Positions 33,800 through 47,730 are shown, counted from the first letter of the stretch. The stretch: 64,000 nucleotides of DNA from Paraspadella gotoi (GCA_051294375.1 JBJCIZ010001666.1:1-64000), one strand, 5' to 3'. Translations and numbers: made by a program. The notes: generated by a model from the sequence alone, not told the origin.

Positions 33800-35405
33800 G
33801 ACTTTCTATGAAGAGAAGCATCTCTTTTTGTATATTATTGGCTTCAGAAACAAGTAAGAAAGACACTTTAAATTTATATATATTGCTGAGTTTGTACTAA
33901 ATGTTTTGTTATTCTTGCCCAGGACTTCTAACTACTAAGACTACATCAACTACGACTTCAACGACTTTACAACTACTTCTACAACATTTGTCAAGTCCTG
34001 GGCTTCGTAGATCGTCGTCCCTTCGGCCTTAGCCGACGTCATCTACCGAGACTTGTCGTCGTCATCTCCAGGGCGTTTGACCGGCGCCATCGTCTCTTCT
34101 GCGCCATTTTATACCCGATTCCATCTGGTTTTCAATGCGCAGAATTAGTCCAGTCAGTTAGAATTCAAAGACAGCCACTTCTCCGAACTTAGTTCAAACA
34201 TTAGAAGTCTTCGTTTGCGGAACACCCTGCTCAAGTGCTTCGTCGAAGGCTCTCTAAATCCTCAACGGTTTCTTCGGGGCTGTTGGGAAGAAGTCTACCT
34301 GCGTCGGTCTCTAGGTGCCGAATGAATTGACGTATCCAACATCGAAGGTCCTTGCAACACCTTCGACGGACGTAAGGATCCGGTGGCGCCTTCGGGACTG
34401 CTTTCATTGCGATTAGGGATCCCGAACTAGCGACGACGCCGTCATCGTCTGTAGATACTTTGCGGCAACACGTCGCCCTCCTTCTCGAATTGCGGTGAGA
34501 TTGAAGTTCGGATTCGATTCATTTTATTTCTTCAATCTTCGCGTCTTCGGCCGCAACCGACTTCGTGAAGCTTTCCTGCGACTTCAACGCCGCCTTTATG
34601 CCATCAGCGGCGCGAATAGGATCGCGGAGAAATAAGCGCGCCAGCAATCAAAACTGCGTCGAGAAGCTCGAGTGCCGAAAGCCTCAAGGAACTCCCCTTT
34701 CGGCGTCTTTTGTTGACATCGCCGTTCGTTTGTAAGACGAGATTCTCGCTCTAGTGCGGCGAAAGAGAAGGATATCGACTGCTTCAAGACGACCGGCTGA
34801 AACCCTCTCCCAAACTTAGCCATCCGAGATATCCAACCTTCTTCACGGCGGAAATGACTCTATCCCGACGAGTCAGACCCTTCAGGAATGCAACGTCTTC
34901 CTACGGAACCTCAACGTCGACGAGGTGGTGGAGGCTCAAGCGATTTCGTACGATCGCGCCAAAGCCGCCCCGACGGAAGAAAACATCGCGGAAGCCAACA
35001 CGGATAGATTCGCATTGAAGGCAATTTGTGAAGTCATCCGTTCCACGATAAAAAGAGGTAGATGGAATGACGAGGCGTTGGAGTTTTTGTCGGAGCTCCT
35101 GATCGCCTCAGCAACATCCTTGGACATTGCCGCCAGCTCGATTCGCGGGCCAATTCTATGTCGACACGTGTTTCATCGGTTGAAAGCATCTCGTCGACAG
35201 GACGCTCCGTATCCGCCGCAGCACGGATGACGACGACGCGAAGGAATCGGGACTTAACGCCCAACCGTCCTTCAGCTGCAAACCATCCCGACGACGACTA
35301 CGTTGCGTCCAACCCGACCATTATCGTCCCCTCCACCGACTCTAGAAGAAGACGTCGAATCATCAAGTCCGTCATTTTTCCGTTTGACGCCGTTCGGCGT
35401 TGACG
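33800..35405 (+). mobile_element. 5' leader and first ORF remnant of the same BEL/Pao-like family
   Basis: Diverged direct repeat of 53065-54620, which there continues into BEL gag/pol remnants. Confidence 0.6.
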
Positions 35406-35789
35406 GATAATCAGCGCACTGAGAGAAATAACAACTATTCTCACCAAACAATCGGCACGAAGATGTGGATGCGTCGCCCAGGAGGTGCCGGCTGAGTTTG
35501 GGACACGCCCACTATTGATGAAAACCCTTTTTTGAAATTGTTTTGTCTAAGTACTAAATAATTGTACCAATTGCAGGATAAGTAAAAAACAACTGCCTAA
35601 CTTTTCATTTGTAGTAAAAAGAAAAATTCCATATTGTAGTCCACGCCAACTTCCGGTAAATTGTGCGTAGGTCTAATGCAAAATCTGAATGACGGCACCT
35701 TGTTAATCGTTTTAAGCACTTAAAATTATACTAGAAACTGTACAGAATTGTGAAAATTTTCGACTGCATGGTTAAAAAAAAACAGTGTA

Positions 35790-37100
35790 GTGCCCGTCAA
35801 TATTGAGGGGGAGGACCGACAAAGTGAATTATAGAGTCGGGATCTGCTCATCCGACTAAAAACACTATGATTGAAATGAATGGTTGAGTAAATCAGTAAA
35901 ACAATTTTGTCTGTTACCTTTGCTAACCACACTTTTAAGATACAGCTCATTTTTCAAAATATAGAATCATTCTTAGAAAGAAACCAGTTTGAGCCAACAA
36001 TGTCGGATCTGCCTACGATAATTTTATTTTTTGTCAACTTGCAACATTTTTTCAACTTGCACCATTCAAGATAGAGGGGCGTTTACGGCCACAGCTCTTC
36101 CCCCTCTTCGTCATCCCCTCCTCCTCTTCCTCTCGTCGTCCCCTCCTCCTCATCCCTCCGGCAACCCTCGGGCCGCGACCAAGGGATTTACTCGCAACTT
36201 AGCTCTCCTGCAGTTGGGCAGAGTCGCGCTCAACCCACAAGTCGGGGTACAAGACACCTCCCTCCCATTTTGTACATAACCGTCTTTACTATACTTTAGA
36301 CTTATTAGACTCCATATCATTGCATACCTCTTTTACCTGATGAGAGACAAGTTAGAACCTTTATCTAGATACCCATCTTCCCAGTGACGCCCAATCAGGC
36401 CTCTCCCCTAGGTTTAACCTACCCAAGGATTAAGATCCTTTGCTTCCGACTTTAACTGGCACCTAACCCACTCTACTCACCAGGGGGCGACCAAACTTCA
36501 TCTCTTTTCTTTTTTTAACCACACCTCTTCTGTCCTTGCACCATGTTTTTAACTCACACCATTTTTCCACTTGCACCATTTTTTAACTTGCACCATTTTT
36601 TTAACTTGCACCATTTTTTCAACTTGCACCATTTTTTCAACTAGCATCATTTTTTCAATTTAATTAATTAATCTATTAATTAACTAATTAAAAAATTTAG
36701 GATTAGGCATAAATAATAAAATTTCAAGTCAACTTGATTTTGTTTTAATTCATGCAAACTCATTTCTACTCCTCGATTCCATCTAAACTTTATATTCTGC
36801 TCAATCACACACTTTCCTACCCACACACAAAATTTTATCTCAATCTATCCATCCAATTATTATTAATTAGTGTAATTAAGGGTTAAAATTAGTAAAAAGA
36901 TTCAAGTAAAAGTGACTTATATTTTTTCATATAAACTCATTTCCACCCTCACGATTCCATCAAAACTTTATATCCAGCTCAATCACACACTTTCCTACCT
37001 CCACACAAAATTTCATTCCAATAATATATCATAATTTGATGCCCGACAAGATTGAGGAGGCGGACCGACAAAGTAAATTATAGAGTCGGAACCTGCCGAT
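35790..37100. repeat. Helentron/HINE-like dispersed repeat family (with internal 18-bp tandem TTTTTTAACTTGCACCA units and a GC-rich insert)
   Basis: Blocks shared with 62310-63012; terminal ATAGAGTCGG...CCGACTAAAA hairpin at ~35831-35862. Confidence 0.5.
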
Positions 37101-38192
37101 AATCTGCTGATAATCATAATAAATTGTGAAAGTAACAATAAACTACATTAAAGAGAAGAGAGTTAGTAAAAAATAAGAGAAGAAAAAGCTGGCCTCCCGC
37201 TTCTGGACAAAGGCAGTGACGATGTGACCGGGACATTGGCATGTCATAGTCAACATGGTACGTACTTAATCCAATGGGCAGTCCAAATTCGAGTTATTTT
37301 TGTATTTTTAAATTTTTTGTTCCCGACGGGCTTCATGCCATCGGGAAGACGAGCCCGTGTCGATGATTCGATTGTCGAGTATAAATACCTGACCATTTTG
37401 TATTGAATCCATCTGTCTCAAGTTCTGGACACCGTCTTTGCTTGTGCCTTTCTGAGAATAAAATCCACTTTCGGTTTCATGTTGAAATCCCTGTCTACTT
37501 ACTTAAATGCTACATACACAAAATCTTTAAAAAACAGGAATTATTTCAAAAAATAAATATTATAGTTTGCATGGTTACTTTTTGTTGATATTGCTTTCTG
37601 AAAAAAATATTTCTGAAAATGAAAACAATTAAGTTTGCTTCCATTTTGTTAATATTATTGCTCCTTCATGAAAAGAGGTTGAAAGGTAACAATTTGAATT
37701 ATACAATATGTAATAAATAATTTTAATTAATATTATTCATGGTGTATTTCTTTCTTTCGTTGTTTTGGAGAGATTAGTAAAGTTTTTAATTGTGTACAAC
37801 GATTTTATTTAATAAGATGCAGACATGTTTTGGCTCACAAAATTTGAGCCTTCAAAAAAATTACTTCATAATATATATGGAATAATAATCATTTTTTTAA
37901 TTTATTCAATTTAAAGAGGTTTTCTTTGGCCATTTTAACATTTGAGATGGAGCAGAAGATAAAAAAAGACAGAAAAAAAAATGAATGAAATTAAGTTGCT
38001 TAATATCATTTGCATATTATAATTTGGATAAGGTAAAAAATACCTAATATGCGTAATAGGCCTTAGCAAATTTTATAAAGTTTTTTACAGAANNNNNNNN
38101 NNNNNNNNNNNNNNNNNNNNNNNNNNNNNNNNNNNNNNNNNNNNNNNNNNNNNNNNNNNNNNNNNNNNNNNNNNNNNNNNNNNNNNNNNNNN

Positions 38193-39232
38193 TTGAGATT
38201 CCCCATTTTCGTTTAATTCGTTTAATTCCGAAACTTGTTTAGTTTTTTCAGCGAAGCCTGCCCCGATGAGCCCAAAATTACTAACAAAAACGCACCATTC
38301 TTTAAAGTTAATCCCGATGTTTTGTTNNNNNNNNNNNNNNNNNNNNNNNNNNNNNNNNNNNNNNNNNNNNNNNNNNNNNNNNNNNNNNNNNNNNNNNNNN
38401 NNNNNNNNNNNNNNNNNNNNNNNNNNNNNNNNNNNNNNNNNNNNNNNNNNNNNNNNNNNNNNNNNNNNNNNNNNNNNNNNNNNNNNNNNNNNNNNNNNNN
38501 NNNNNNNNNNNNNNNNNNNNNNNNNNNNNNNNNNNNNNNNNNNNATAAAAGGCCAGAATTACGGACTTTAATAGTCACGTTATCTCCGCAGGAAAATTCC
38601 ATATTAGATCTGCTTAACCCAAATTCCCCAGACGCGGCCTCCGCCTTTTTCCCAGAAAAATTCCGAGGAGTAACTTGGATGAACCCTCCCGCCGGTAACG
38701 TACCAGTTTTTGCTTTCTTTTTCGAGTCCTTGAGGTTGANNNNNNNNNNNNNNNNNNNNNNNNNNNNNNNNNNNNNNNNNNNNNNNNNNNNNNNNNNNNN
38801 NNNNNNNNNNNNNNNNNNNNNNNNNNNNNNNNNNNNNNNNNNNNNNNNNNNNNNNNNNNNNNNNNNNNNNNNNNNNNNNNNNNNNNNNNNNNNNNNNNNN
38901 NNNNNNNNNNNNNNGTCCGAATCTTAGGCCGAGCGCCTTGCGCATTCCATCGATCGTGAGGGGTGCGAAAGTCCGGGTTATAGCCGCCGCCGCCGCCGCT
39001 ATAGTTCGGTAAGCGGCCGGCTCCAACTTGGTTCAGCCGAACCAACTTCCCGCGACCAAATCCTCCAGACGCGGGAGAATGCACCACATTTGGCGGTGGC
39101 AATAGCAGTGGTGGCAATAGTGCCGGTAGCGGCGGAGCGGTAGGGATTAATGGTGGTGTTGGAGAAACGAGGTTTAGTCCATTATTAATGTCGTCGGCGA
39201 CACCGATGATCATATCGTCGTAAATGGCCTTA
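38193..39232 (-). repeat. Copy 2 of the 28.4-29.3 kb accessory gene (gapped)
   Basis: VVHSPASGGFGRGKLVRLNQVGAGRLPNY and MEFSCGDNVTIKVRNSGLL are shared with 28372-28877. Confidence 0.8.
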
Positions 39233-39718
39233 GNNNNNNNNNNNNNNNNNNNNNNNNNNNNNNNNNNNNNNNNNNNNNNNNNNNNNNNNNNNNNNNNNNN
39301 NNNNNNNNNNNNNNNNNNNNNNNNNNNNNNNNNTACATTTTTAAATATACAGAGTATACACACTAAAAAAAAAAAATGTTAAAAAAGGAAGAATGCTAGT
39401 TAAAAAAAATCTAATGNNNNNNNNNNNNNNNNNNNNNNNNNNNNNNNNNNNNNNNNNNNNNNNNNNNNNNNNNNNNNNNNNNNNNNNNNNNNNNNNNNNN
39501 NNNNNNNNNNNNNNNNNNNNNNNNNNNNNNNNNNNNNNNNNNNNNNNNNNNNNNNNNNNNNNNNNNNNNNNNNNNNNNNNNNNNNNNNNNNNNNNNNNNN
39601 NNNNNNNNNNNNNNNNNNNNNNNNNNNNNNNNNNNNNNNNNNNNNNNNNNNNNNNNNNNNNNNNNNNNNNNNNNNAATTAATTAATTAATTAAATAAATT
39701 ATTTAAGAGACAAAGTTA

Positions 39719-41040
39719 TTAACGTCGGCCTTGTTGTTTACTATCCAAAGAAGCCACTTCAGAGTCTAGTTCATCATCATCATCATCGTCGTCGTCGTCG
39801 GACACCATAAACAAATCTCCTTCGTCGTCAAACCCATCGTCGGATGAAACCGATCGACCTACAGGTATCGCCGCTAAAGGTGCTCTGGCCGCTCCGGCGT
39901 TCGGGTCCACGTTTTCTTTATTCTCGTCGTCGTCGTCGTCCAAGATCTCGCCGTCTTCNNNNNNNNNNNNNNNNNNNNNNNNNAACGAGCCATTTTTCGG
40001 GTTTTTTTTGTTTTTTTCCAGCGGCGGGGCTGGCGGAGGGCGTTTTAACAGGGGTTGTTGTTGGTTGTTGTTGTTGATGATGAGGTCTCTCGCTTTTTCC
40101 CATCGGGACAAAAATTCGGGCATTTGTAGTTCTCCGTCTCATCCCCTCCTTCTCCCTAACGATCCATCACCTCCTCTTCATCCTCATCCTCTCCAGAAGA
40201 TTTCGCGTAAGGGATCGTGCTGCCCGTCGTCGTCGTTGTTGTCGTCGTCGTCGTCGTCCACTTCTCCCTTCGTCGTTAAAATGGTATCGACGAGGGAAAG
40301 CGGATTTTGGTCGACGGCATTCCCACGAATAACCGTTAACGAAGAAGAGTCGCTCGGTCGAGAGGCAAGTGAGACGGTCTTTTTTTTACCGGCGATTGCC
40401 GGTAACTGGAAGCGCTGTTAACCTCTGAGCGGTTCTTGGTCCTAGCTTCGGTTCGAATCACGACAGCTTCGACGGCCGATAGTTGCTTTGTATTTTTTTC
40501 GCCAAATTTCGTTGAAAACGTCTGCCGTTTCCTCGCGCTCTTTTTGCTTTTGGCAACACTGGAGCGCCTCTGCGACTCTAATTCGAGTTTTCTATTTTCG
40601 GAGTTGTTGGGGGGGCGGGGGAGTGGGGGCGCTTTTGGGGGAACGGGGGTTACGATGCTGGCATGGCAAAACCAGCGTTCGATTCGTAAGAGGTCCTTAA
40701 CGACGGCAAGTTTTTCTGGCGGTTGAGACAAGCCCGCGAGCGGGCGAGAGTTATATTAGAAAAGGGCGTCGCGGCATTTTTTCCGTTTCTTGAACGAGGT
40801 TGGTCAGATGTAATCCTGGTTTCGGCGCTGCCCTCGGCGGCCGGTGCCGGTGGCGGCGGTGCCAGCAGCAGCATCGACGCCTCTTTTAGACTCGGCGACA
40901 TTGTTCTCGTCTTTCTCGCCGTGCTCGAAGGCCATCCTTTTGGCTCCAGGGTCCGGGATGAAGATCTGGGTTGAGAAAGAAACTTCGTCATCTCTAGTCG
41001 TCGTCGTCGTCGTCGGCCAACGTCGTCGTGGGCGCGAAAT
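39719..41040 (-). CDS. Low-complexity acidic/Pro-rich accessory ORF(s) of the second Polinton, frameshifted
   Basis: Overlapping minus-strand ORFs 40650-40991, 40336-40731 and 39719-40123 with poly-D, poly-N/Q and KEN motif; composition matches the other viral accessory genes. Confidence 0.4.
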
Positions 41041-41589
41041 TCTTTAGTGTGGAGAGTCGTTTTTAAGGAGGAGGACGACAGAAGAGTCGATGCAATTTCT
41101 TTTTACCGGGAGAGGAATGCGGTTTAAGGGGCTGGGGGATAGGGAGGGAGAGGAGGAATAGTTGGGGGGAGATTGTTGAGGGGCTTCGTAGTACGGCCTT
41201 TAGTGGTGGTAAGTAGTAGTACCAGGAACGATCGAAATCATCTCTTCCGGCCCCACGATCTGCAGAATTCATATCGCCCAGAAAGTCCTCGCTTGGCGTA
41301 GGTGAGCATATCATGCTGGGTGGATCGAAGGGTCATTTGAGGGGCCGCGCATGAGAGAAAGCAGCCCTCTCTTTTCGTTAAGCGTCTATGACTTTGCGCC
41401 TAACTCAGACGGGTCCTTCGGCTCCGCTGTCATACTGGTGTGCAGATGTCACACAGAGCTTAGTCCTGTCGGTCCTTCGTGACGATGTATTGGTTGGCTT
41501 CATATCGCATTAGCTGGTCAATTCTTACAGGCCTTCGTCCTCCCCTTGCAGATGTTTTTAATCAAACCTTGAATGACAAAGAAGGAGGA

Positions 41590-42660
41590 TTTTGCTTAAA
41601 CATAGAAATCATTTTGGCCATTTCCGAATTCATCTTTCGCCCGAGGTTCTTTGTTCGGTTGTCACAAAATATCCCTTCGGAGTTCCCCGCCCTTCGGTTC
41701 TAGTTAATGAGCTAATTTTAAGAGGCGGAAACCTCTTTCGCGAAGGATCGTTTTTCCGCATATTCCACAGTAACGAAAACCCTCTGTTTCGCCGGATAAA
41801 GGGAATAAAAACGTCTTTCTTTTAAATAGAGCTTCATTGGCATAACTGATTTCGCCTGGAGTGGCGTCGACGGGCAAATCGGTCATGCTTTTGAGATTCC
41901 CCATTTTCGTTTAATTCGTTTTAATTCCGCCGAAACTTGTTTAAGTTTTTCAGGCGCAGCCTGCCCCGATGAGCCCAAAATTACTAACAAAACGCAACCA
42001 TTCTTTAAAGGTTAATCCCGATGGTTTTGTTTAAAAAGAACCTTGTCTACTCTTGGTATGACATGACCTTTTTTTTTCGAATTAAAAGGCCAGAATTAAC
42101 GACTTTAATAGTCACGTTATTCCCGCAGGAAATTCAATATTAGAATCTGCTTAACCCAAATTCCCCAGACGCGGCCTCCGCCTTTTCCAGAAAAATTCGC
42201 GAGGGAGTAACTTGGATGAACCCTCCCCGCCGGGTAATGTACCAGTTTTTTGCTTTTCTTTTTTCGAGTCTTTGGAGGTTGATCATCCTTGCTTAAGACG
42301 AGGATTTTTTTTGGCTTTCGCCAATTCTCGTCTCCCATTTTGCTTCCCGGTCGTCAGCGGTCGTCCGACATCTTAGGCCGAGCTTTTCCTTGCGCATTCC
42401 ATCGATTGTGAGGGGTGCGAAAGTTCCGGGGTTATTAGCCTGCCCGCCGTAATAGTTCGGTAAGCGGCCGGCTCCAAACTTGGTTCAGCTGAAACGCAAC
42501 TTCCCGCGACAAATCCTCCTAGACGGGCGGGAGAATGCACCACAATTTGGCGGTGGCAATAGCGGTAGGGATTAATGGTGGTGCTGGAGGAAAACAAGGT
42601 TTAGTCGCATTATTAATGTCGTCGGCGACAGGCGTGATCATATCGTCGTAAAATGGCCTT
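41590..42660 (-). repeat. Copy 3 of the accessory gene, with very dense indels
   Basis: Collinear with 38193-39232 but with single-base indels every few tens of bases. Confidence 0.8.
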
Positions 42661-43382
42661 AGGCATGGTTGTTTGTTGTTGTTTGTTGTTGATGCATGGA
42701 TGAAAAAGAGTTAATTCGAGAATAAAAACTTATAAAATTGTGAATCTCGTTATAATCGTCGCGTGAAAAGAAAGAGAAAGATGAGAGATGAGCCGATGAA
42801 GTGTTATGAGAAAGATGAGAGAAAAAAATTGAATGAAAAGAACTCAACGACTGATTTTCTCACCTCCGCTGCGGTCCGAATTTAAAGGAAGAGGCTTCGT
42901 GCCATGACCTAAGGGCAAACGAGGAACGCACGCGCTGCTGCACATCAATGTTAAACGCTGTCGAGACCTCTTCACTTCCCACCTCCTAAAGGCCCACGCA
43001 TGGTCGAGACACCGCGCCGCCTATTAATTCTTAATTTTGATAAAGTTTGTGTTAAATCGCGAGCATGAGCTCTTCCCCGCCTCCACCATATTAAAAAATT
43101 ACCATTTAGAGGGCGCGCGGTTCGCGTCGCATTCGCGTCGCGTCGACGTCAGCCAGACATAGGGGAATGCCCGATGAGGGGGGGCACCATGTTAGGGGGA
43201 GAGGGGGTAGTTGAGAGGCGGAGTGACGGAATCTTCGGAATGCGGGGTACCCCCATTTCTCAAGATACAACGAAAAGACGCCTGGAGAGTTTTAAGGAGT
43301 TGAATAGAAATTAACCAGAATATTCTCGCCCCAATACGCGCGTTCATATCGTCGAGTTTTTCGACGAATCTTTCGAATGAAA

Positions 43383-43817
43383 TTAAAGACGGGAAAGATA
43401 TGTACCCAACTTGCTCATCTTGGTCAGACCGATCTTTGAGCCAAGGTGTTTGGTAAGGGAACGCTGAGATACCTCCAAGAGGTTGGAGGATCTCGCTAAA
43501 AGATCTACCCCCGCCACTCTTTTTTTTTCTTTTCTCGCTCCTTTGCCACTTTTTTTTAGCTTTTCCTCGGCCTCCCGCACCGCGGCGACGGATTTCTTTC
43601 TGTTCAAGCAACGCTTTCGCCCCTTTCCGGCCCTTCCCTTTCTGAGTTCGAGACCGACCTCGACGGCCTCGCGACGGAAGAGGTTCCCCACAATCTGATG
43701 GCCAGCAATTTTTTTCCCGGCGTTGACGGCGGGTTGTTTTCCTGTTCTTTGCCATGGTCTGAGATACGGGTTTTTGAAATTCGTAGTTTTGATCCGCAGC
43801 ACCAGCTTTTCCTTCAT
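43383..43817 (-). pseudogene. Basic core protein of the second Polinton (left arm copy)
   Basis: FKNPYLR-MAKNRK...RTQKGKGRKG across shifted frames; mirrors 47731-48173. Confidence 0.55.
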
Positions 43818-43974
43818 TCATAATGTTTTTAAAAAGTAACTATAACGTGATTTTAATCAACCACTTTTTCTTAATATAGATTAAAGAGAGGAGAGAGAGA
43901 GGAGAGAAAGTAGTTCTCAAAAAAAATTTAATCAATAAAAGAAAGTTATTTTTGCTATCGGTTGTCGGTCGGTC

Positions 43975-44452
43975 CAATTTAAAAAAATGGAAGAAATAAA
44001 ATTTGCCCACAAAAATATCGTTTATATAAGGATCCGGAAGTATAGATTTATTTTTATATTTCTTGGCGGAGAAATCTCTAGAAAACAATAAAACGCAAAA
44101 AAGACAGTGTATCCACGAAAAAAATTTGATCCCTTCTTTGTAACAGTTTTAATCGTTATAAAGGACGTTTACGCGGCTGATGGTCGATAAAATGGCGTCC
44201 AGATGCTGCGGAGGATTCGCCCAAAGGATCCATAAATCTCTAAATACTTCTGGCGCTTTTTTAACATAGGAAAAGAGCGATCCAATGTGGAATCCTTTTT
44301 GAGAACTTCGGTTTGTACATTAATAAATTAATACGATTGAGGTTTAATGATTCTGGAAGTCTTGATCAATGCCAAAAGTCCCGATGTAATATTGTTTTTA
44401 ATTCAATTTCATCCGAAAAAGCAGCCTTGATCAGCGATCCTAGTAATCCATG
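43975..44452 (-). pseudogene. Adenain-like protease of the second Polinton (left arm copy), frameshifted
   Basis: Across frames: QYYIGTFGIDQ, HWIALF, MDPLG, LLQ, CG.HCLFF, DPYINDIFV. Confidence 0.65.
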
Positions 44453-44659
44453 TTTACTCCGGGGTCAGCGCAGCCGGCAGCGTCGTTTTTGTCAATCGAA
44501 AATCGAAAATCCGTAACTCGTTTTCGAAAAAAAGATACAGTTAAAATTTTTTTACAAAAAAACCAGTCTGCCTTCTCTAAAAGGTGCCAGCAAATTTTCA
44601 TGGGTTTTTTTCGACGATTTAAATTATAATTTAATAAAACTTGGTCTCTGAGAATTAAT

Positions 44660-45265
44660 GAATATTTTGCGGATTAAAAATAGAATATCACGATGAGTTT
44701 CGCGTTGTTTGGGAGGTCATGGCCGGAACTCCAACGTAATTTAGCGGGAGCGAATTTTGGGTAACGCGGTGGATATCGGGAAGAACGTGCTGGTGAGTAA
44801 ACTCGTGCTAATCAATGAATATCCTGTTTTATAATCTTCATAAATCTATACTGAAGAGAGTCGTTAAGATAAAGTCCGCATCAAAATTGTACAAGATAAA
44901 AATCCTTCTGTCCATCAGGCGCCGTTGTGGACGTAAAATTCAAGTTCACTCCGTTAGGACTCGGGAAGATCTTGCAGCAATCTGATAATTGCATAAGTCT
45001 CAAATCATAATTCCTGAAAATAACAAAGGAGATTTGTGAAGCTGCCTTCGAAACACCTTGCGTCAGCAATCGACGGCAAAGACCACTACGCTCCTTGAGG
45101 AAATTAGTTTTTTGCGAAGACATCCGTCGATGATAAGTTCTACTCTCCTGCCTGAAGGTAAACTGTATTCAAAGCATCTACAGTATTTAACTCCATATCT
45201 AGCATTTTTTATTGCTAAAGCCGCCTCCAAATCTTAGGTTATAACTCGGATTGCAAACACGCTGT
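44660..45265 (-). pseudogene. Major capsid protein C-terminal part, second Polinton (left arm copy)
   Basis: RNYDLR...KIFPSPNGVNLNF; reverse complement of 46250-46880. Confidence 0.65.
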
Positions 45266-45296
<31 letters not shown>

Positions 45297-46026
45297 CGCC
45301 GCCTTCGTTCGATACTTTAAGAATCTTTTGCCTCGGCGGCTCAGGATTTCGAAAAAAATGTGGGTCTTTCTCGTCTGCACTCGTATCGGGGCGAAGCTTT
45401 CTTTTTTTCAAAGGGAGCACCGCTTCGAGATTAAAGTCTTCTTTCGCGGTAGAAGCCGCTGGCGGCGCCGATAAAGACTTGAAAGCGGAACGATCTGGTT
45501 GTTGTTGTTGTTGTTGTTGTTNNNNNNNNNNNNNNNNNNNNNNNNNNNNNNNNNNNNNNNNNNNNNNNNNNNNNNNNNNNNNNNNNNNNNNNNNNNNNNN
45601 NNNNNNNNNNNNNNNNNNNNNCTCAAGTAGTATCTTACATTTGCCCCATCCTTCATCCATTTGCGCTGTCTTGCACGCGCTTGATGTTGTCAATGATGGA
45701 CGTAAGCATTATCTTTGAGAGGCAGAATAATTTATTTNNNNNNNNNNNNNNNNNNNNNNNNNNNNNNNNNNNNNNNNNNNNNNNNNNNNNNNNNNNNNNN
45801 NNNNNNNNNNNNNNNNNNNNNNNNNNNNNNNNNNNNNNNNNNNNNNNNNNNNNNNNNNNNNNNNNNNNNNNNNNNNNNNNNNNNNNNNNNNNNNNNNNNN
45901 NNNNNNNNNNNNNNNNNNNNNNNNNNNNNNNNNNNNNNNNNNNNNNNNNNNNNNNNNNNNNNNNNNNNNNNNNNNNNNNNNNNNNNNNNNNNNNNNNNNN
46001 NNNNNNNNNNNNNNNNNNNNNNNNNN

Positions 46027-46880
46027 TATGAGTTTAAATACTGTAGATGCTTTGAATACAGTTTACTTTCAGGCAGGAGAACTTATTCATTTGATGATGT
46101 CTTCGCAAAAAACGACATTCCTCAGGTAGCTGTAGTGGGTCTCGTCGATGCTGACGCGTTCGAAGGCAGCTNNNNNNNNNNNNNNNNNNNNNNNNNGCGG
46201 ATGGGGACTTCAAGTATGCATCGTCGACAGGATGTCATGTGATGCTTAAAACAGGTTGTTGTATCCGAGTTATATACCTAAGATTGGATGGCAGGCTTTA
46301 GCAAAAAAAAAATGCTAGATATGAGTTTAAATACTGTAGGATGTTTGAATACAGTTTACCTTCAGGCAGGAGAACTTATTCATATCGACGATGTGCTTCG
46401 CAAAAAAAACGAGATTCCTCAGGTAGCGGTAGTGGGGTCTCGTTATGCTGAACGCGTTCGAAGGCAGATTCACAAAGTCTCCTTCTATTTTCAGAATTAT
46501 GATTTGAGACGTTTGCATTATCAGATTGCTGGCAAAGATTTCCTCCCGAGTCTAACGAGTGAACTTGAATTTAGCGTCCAACAGGCGCCTGATTGGGACA
46601 GAAGGATTTTTTATCTTTGTATCATTGATTGGACTTTTATTCTAACGACTCTCTGCAGTATAGATTTGGAAGATATAAAACAGATATTCATTGATTGCAC
46701 GAGTTTTTGACTCACCCAGCACGTCTCCGATATTCCACCGGCGTTACAAAACGTTCGCTTTTCCCCGCTAAATTACACGTTGGAGTTCGGTGCTGACGCT
46801 CCCAAACTAACCGCGAAACTCATCGTCGTGTATATCTATTTTTAATACGACTGAACATAATTTCCATTAAATCTCTTCAG
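46027..46880 (+). pseudogene. Major capsid protein C-terminal part, second Polinton (right arm; 46027-46171 duplicated at ~46320-46460)
   Basis: FDDVFAKNDIPQVAVVGLVDADAFEGS...(K)SPFYFQNYDL, homologous to PNTIIIALVTQTAFLGSAKKSPFEF of the 8450-9823 capsid. Confidence 0.75.
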
Positions 46881-47077
46881 GAAGAAACCGTTTTTTATTA
46901 AATTATAATTTATAATCGTCCGTTTAAAAAAAAAACCCACGAAAATTGCTGGCAGCCCTCTTTAGAGAGACAGCCTGGTTTTTAAAAAATTACTGTATTT
47001 TTTTCGAAAACGAGGCACGGATTGTCGATTTTCGATTGATCCGATCGCTCCGCTGGCTGCGCTGCGTTGCCGAGTAA

Positions 47078-47570
47078 CATGGAATACGTAGATCTCGCTG
47101 TGATTCTAGACTGGCTTTTTTCGGGATGAAGTTGATTAAAACAATAATTAGCATCGGGACTGTTGTCATTCTGATCGATTCCAGGATCATTAAACCTCAA
47201 TCTTATTAATTTTATAATGTTACAACCGAGTTCTCAAAAAAGGATTACATTGGATCGCTCTTTCTAATGTTAAAAGCGCCAGAAAAAGTATTAGAGATTA
47301 TCGGATCTTTGGGCGAGTCCTCCGCAGCAATCCTGGACGGCCATTTTTATGCGACATCGAGCGCGTAACGTCCTTTATAAACGATAAGCTGTTACAAAGA
47401 GAGGATGGCAAATTTTTTGTGGATTACACTGTCTTTTTTGCGTTTTATTGTTTTGCGCAGAGATTTCTCCGCCCAATGAAATATTAAATAAATTCGTATA
47501 CTTCCGATCCCTTATATAAAACGATATTTTTGTGGCAAATTTTATTTCTTCGCATTTTTTAAATTTGACA
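47078..47570 (+). pseudogene. Adenain-like protease of the second Polinton (right arm copy), frameshifted
   Basis: CATTGGATCGCTCTT (HWIAL), GATCTTTGGGC, CTGTTACAA (LLQ), TTTTGTGGA..CACTGT (FCG.HC). Confidence 0.65.
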
Positions 47571-47730
47571 GACGACAACGATAGCAAAAAATACCTTTCT
47601 TTTATTGATTAAAATTTTTTTGAGAACTACTTTCTCTCTCTCTCTCGTTCTCTCTCTCTTCCTTCTAATATAACTTAAGAAAAAGTGGTTGATTAAAATC
47701 ACGTTATAGTTACTCTTTAAACTATTATGA

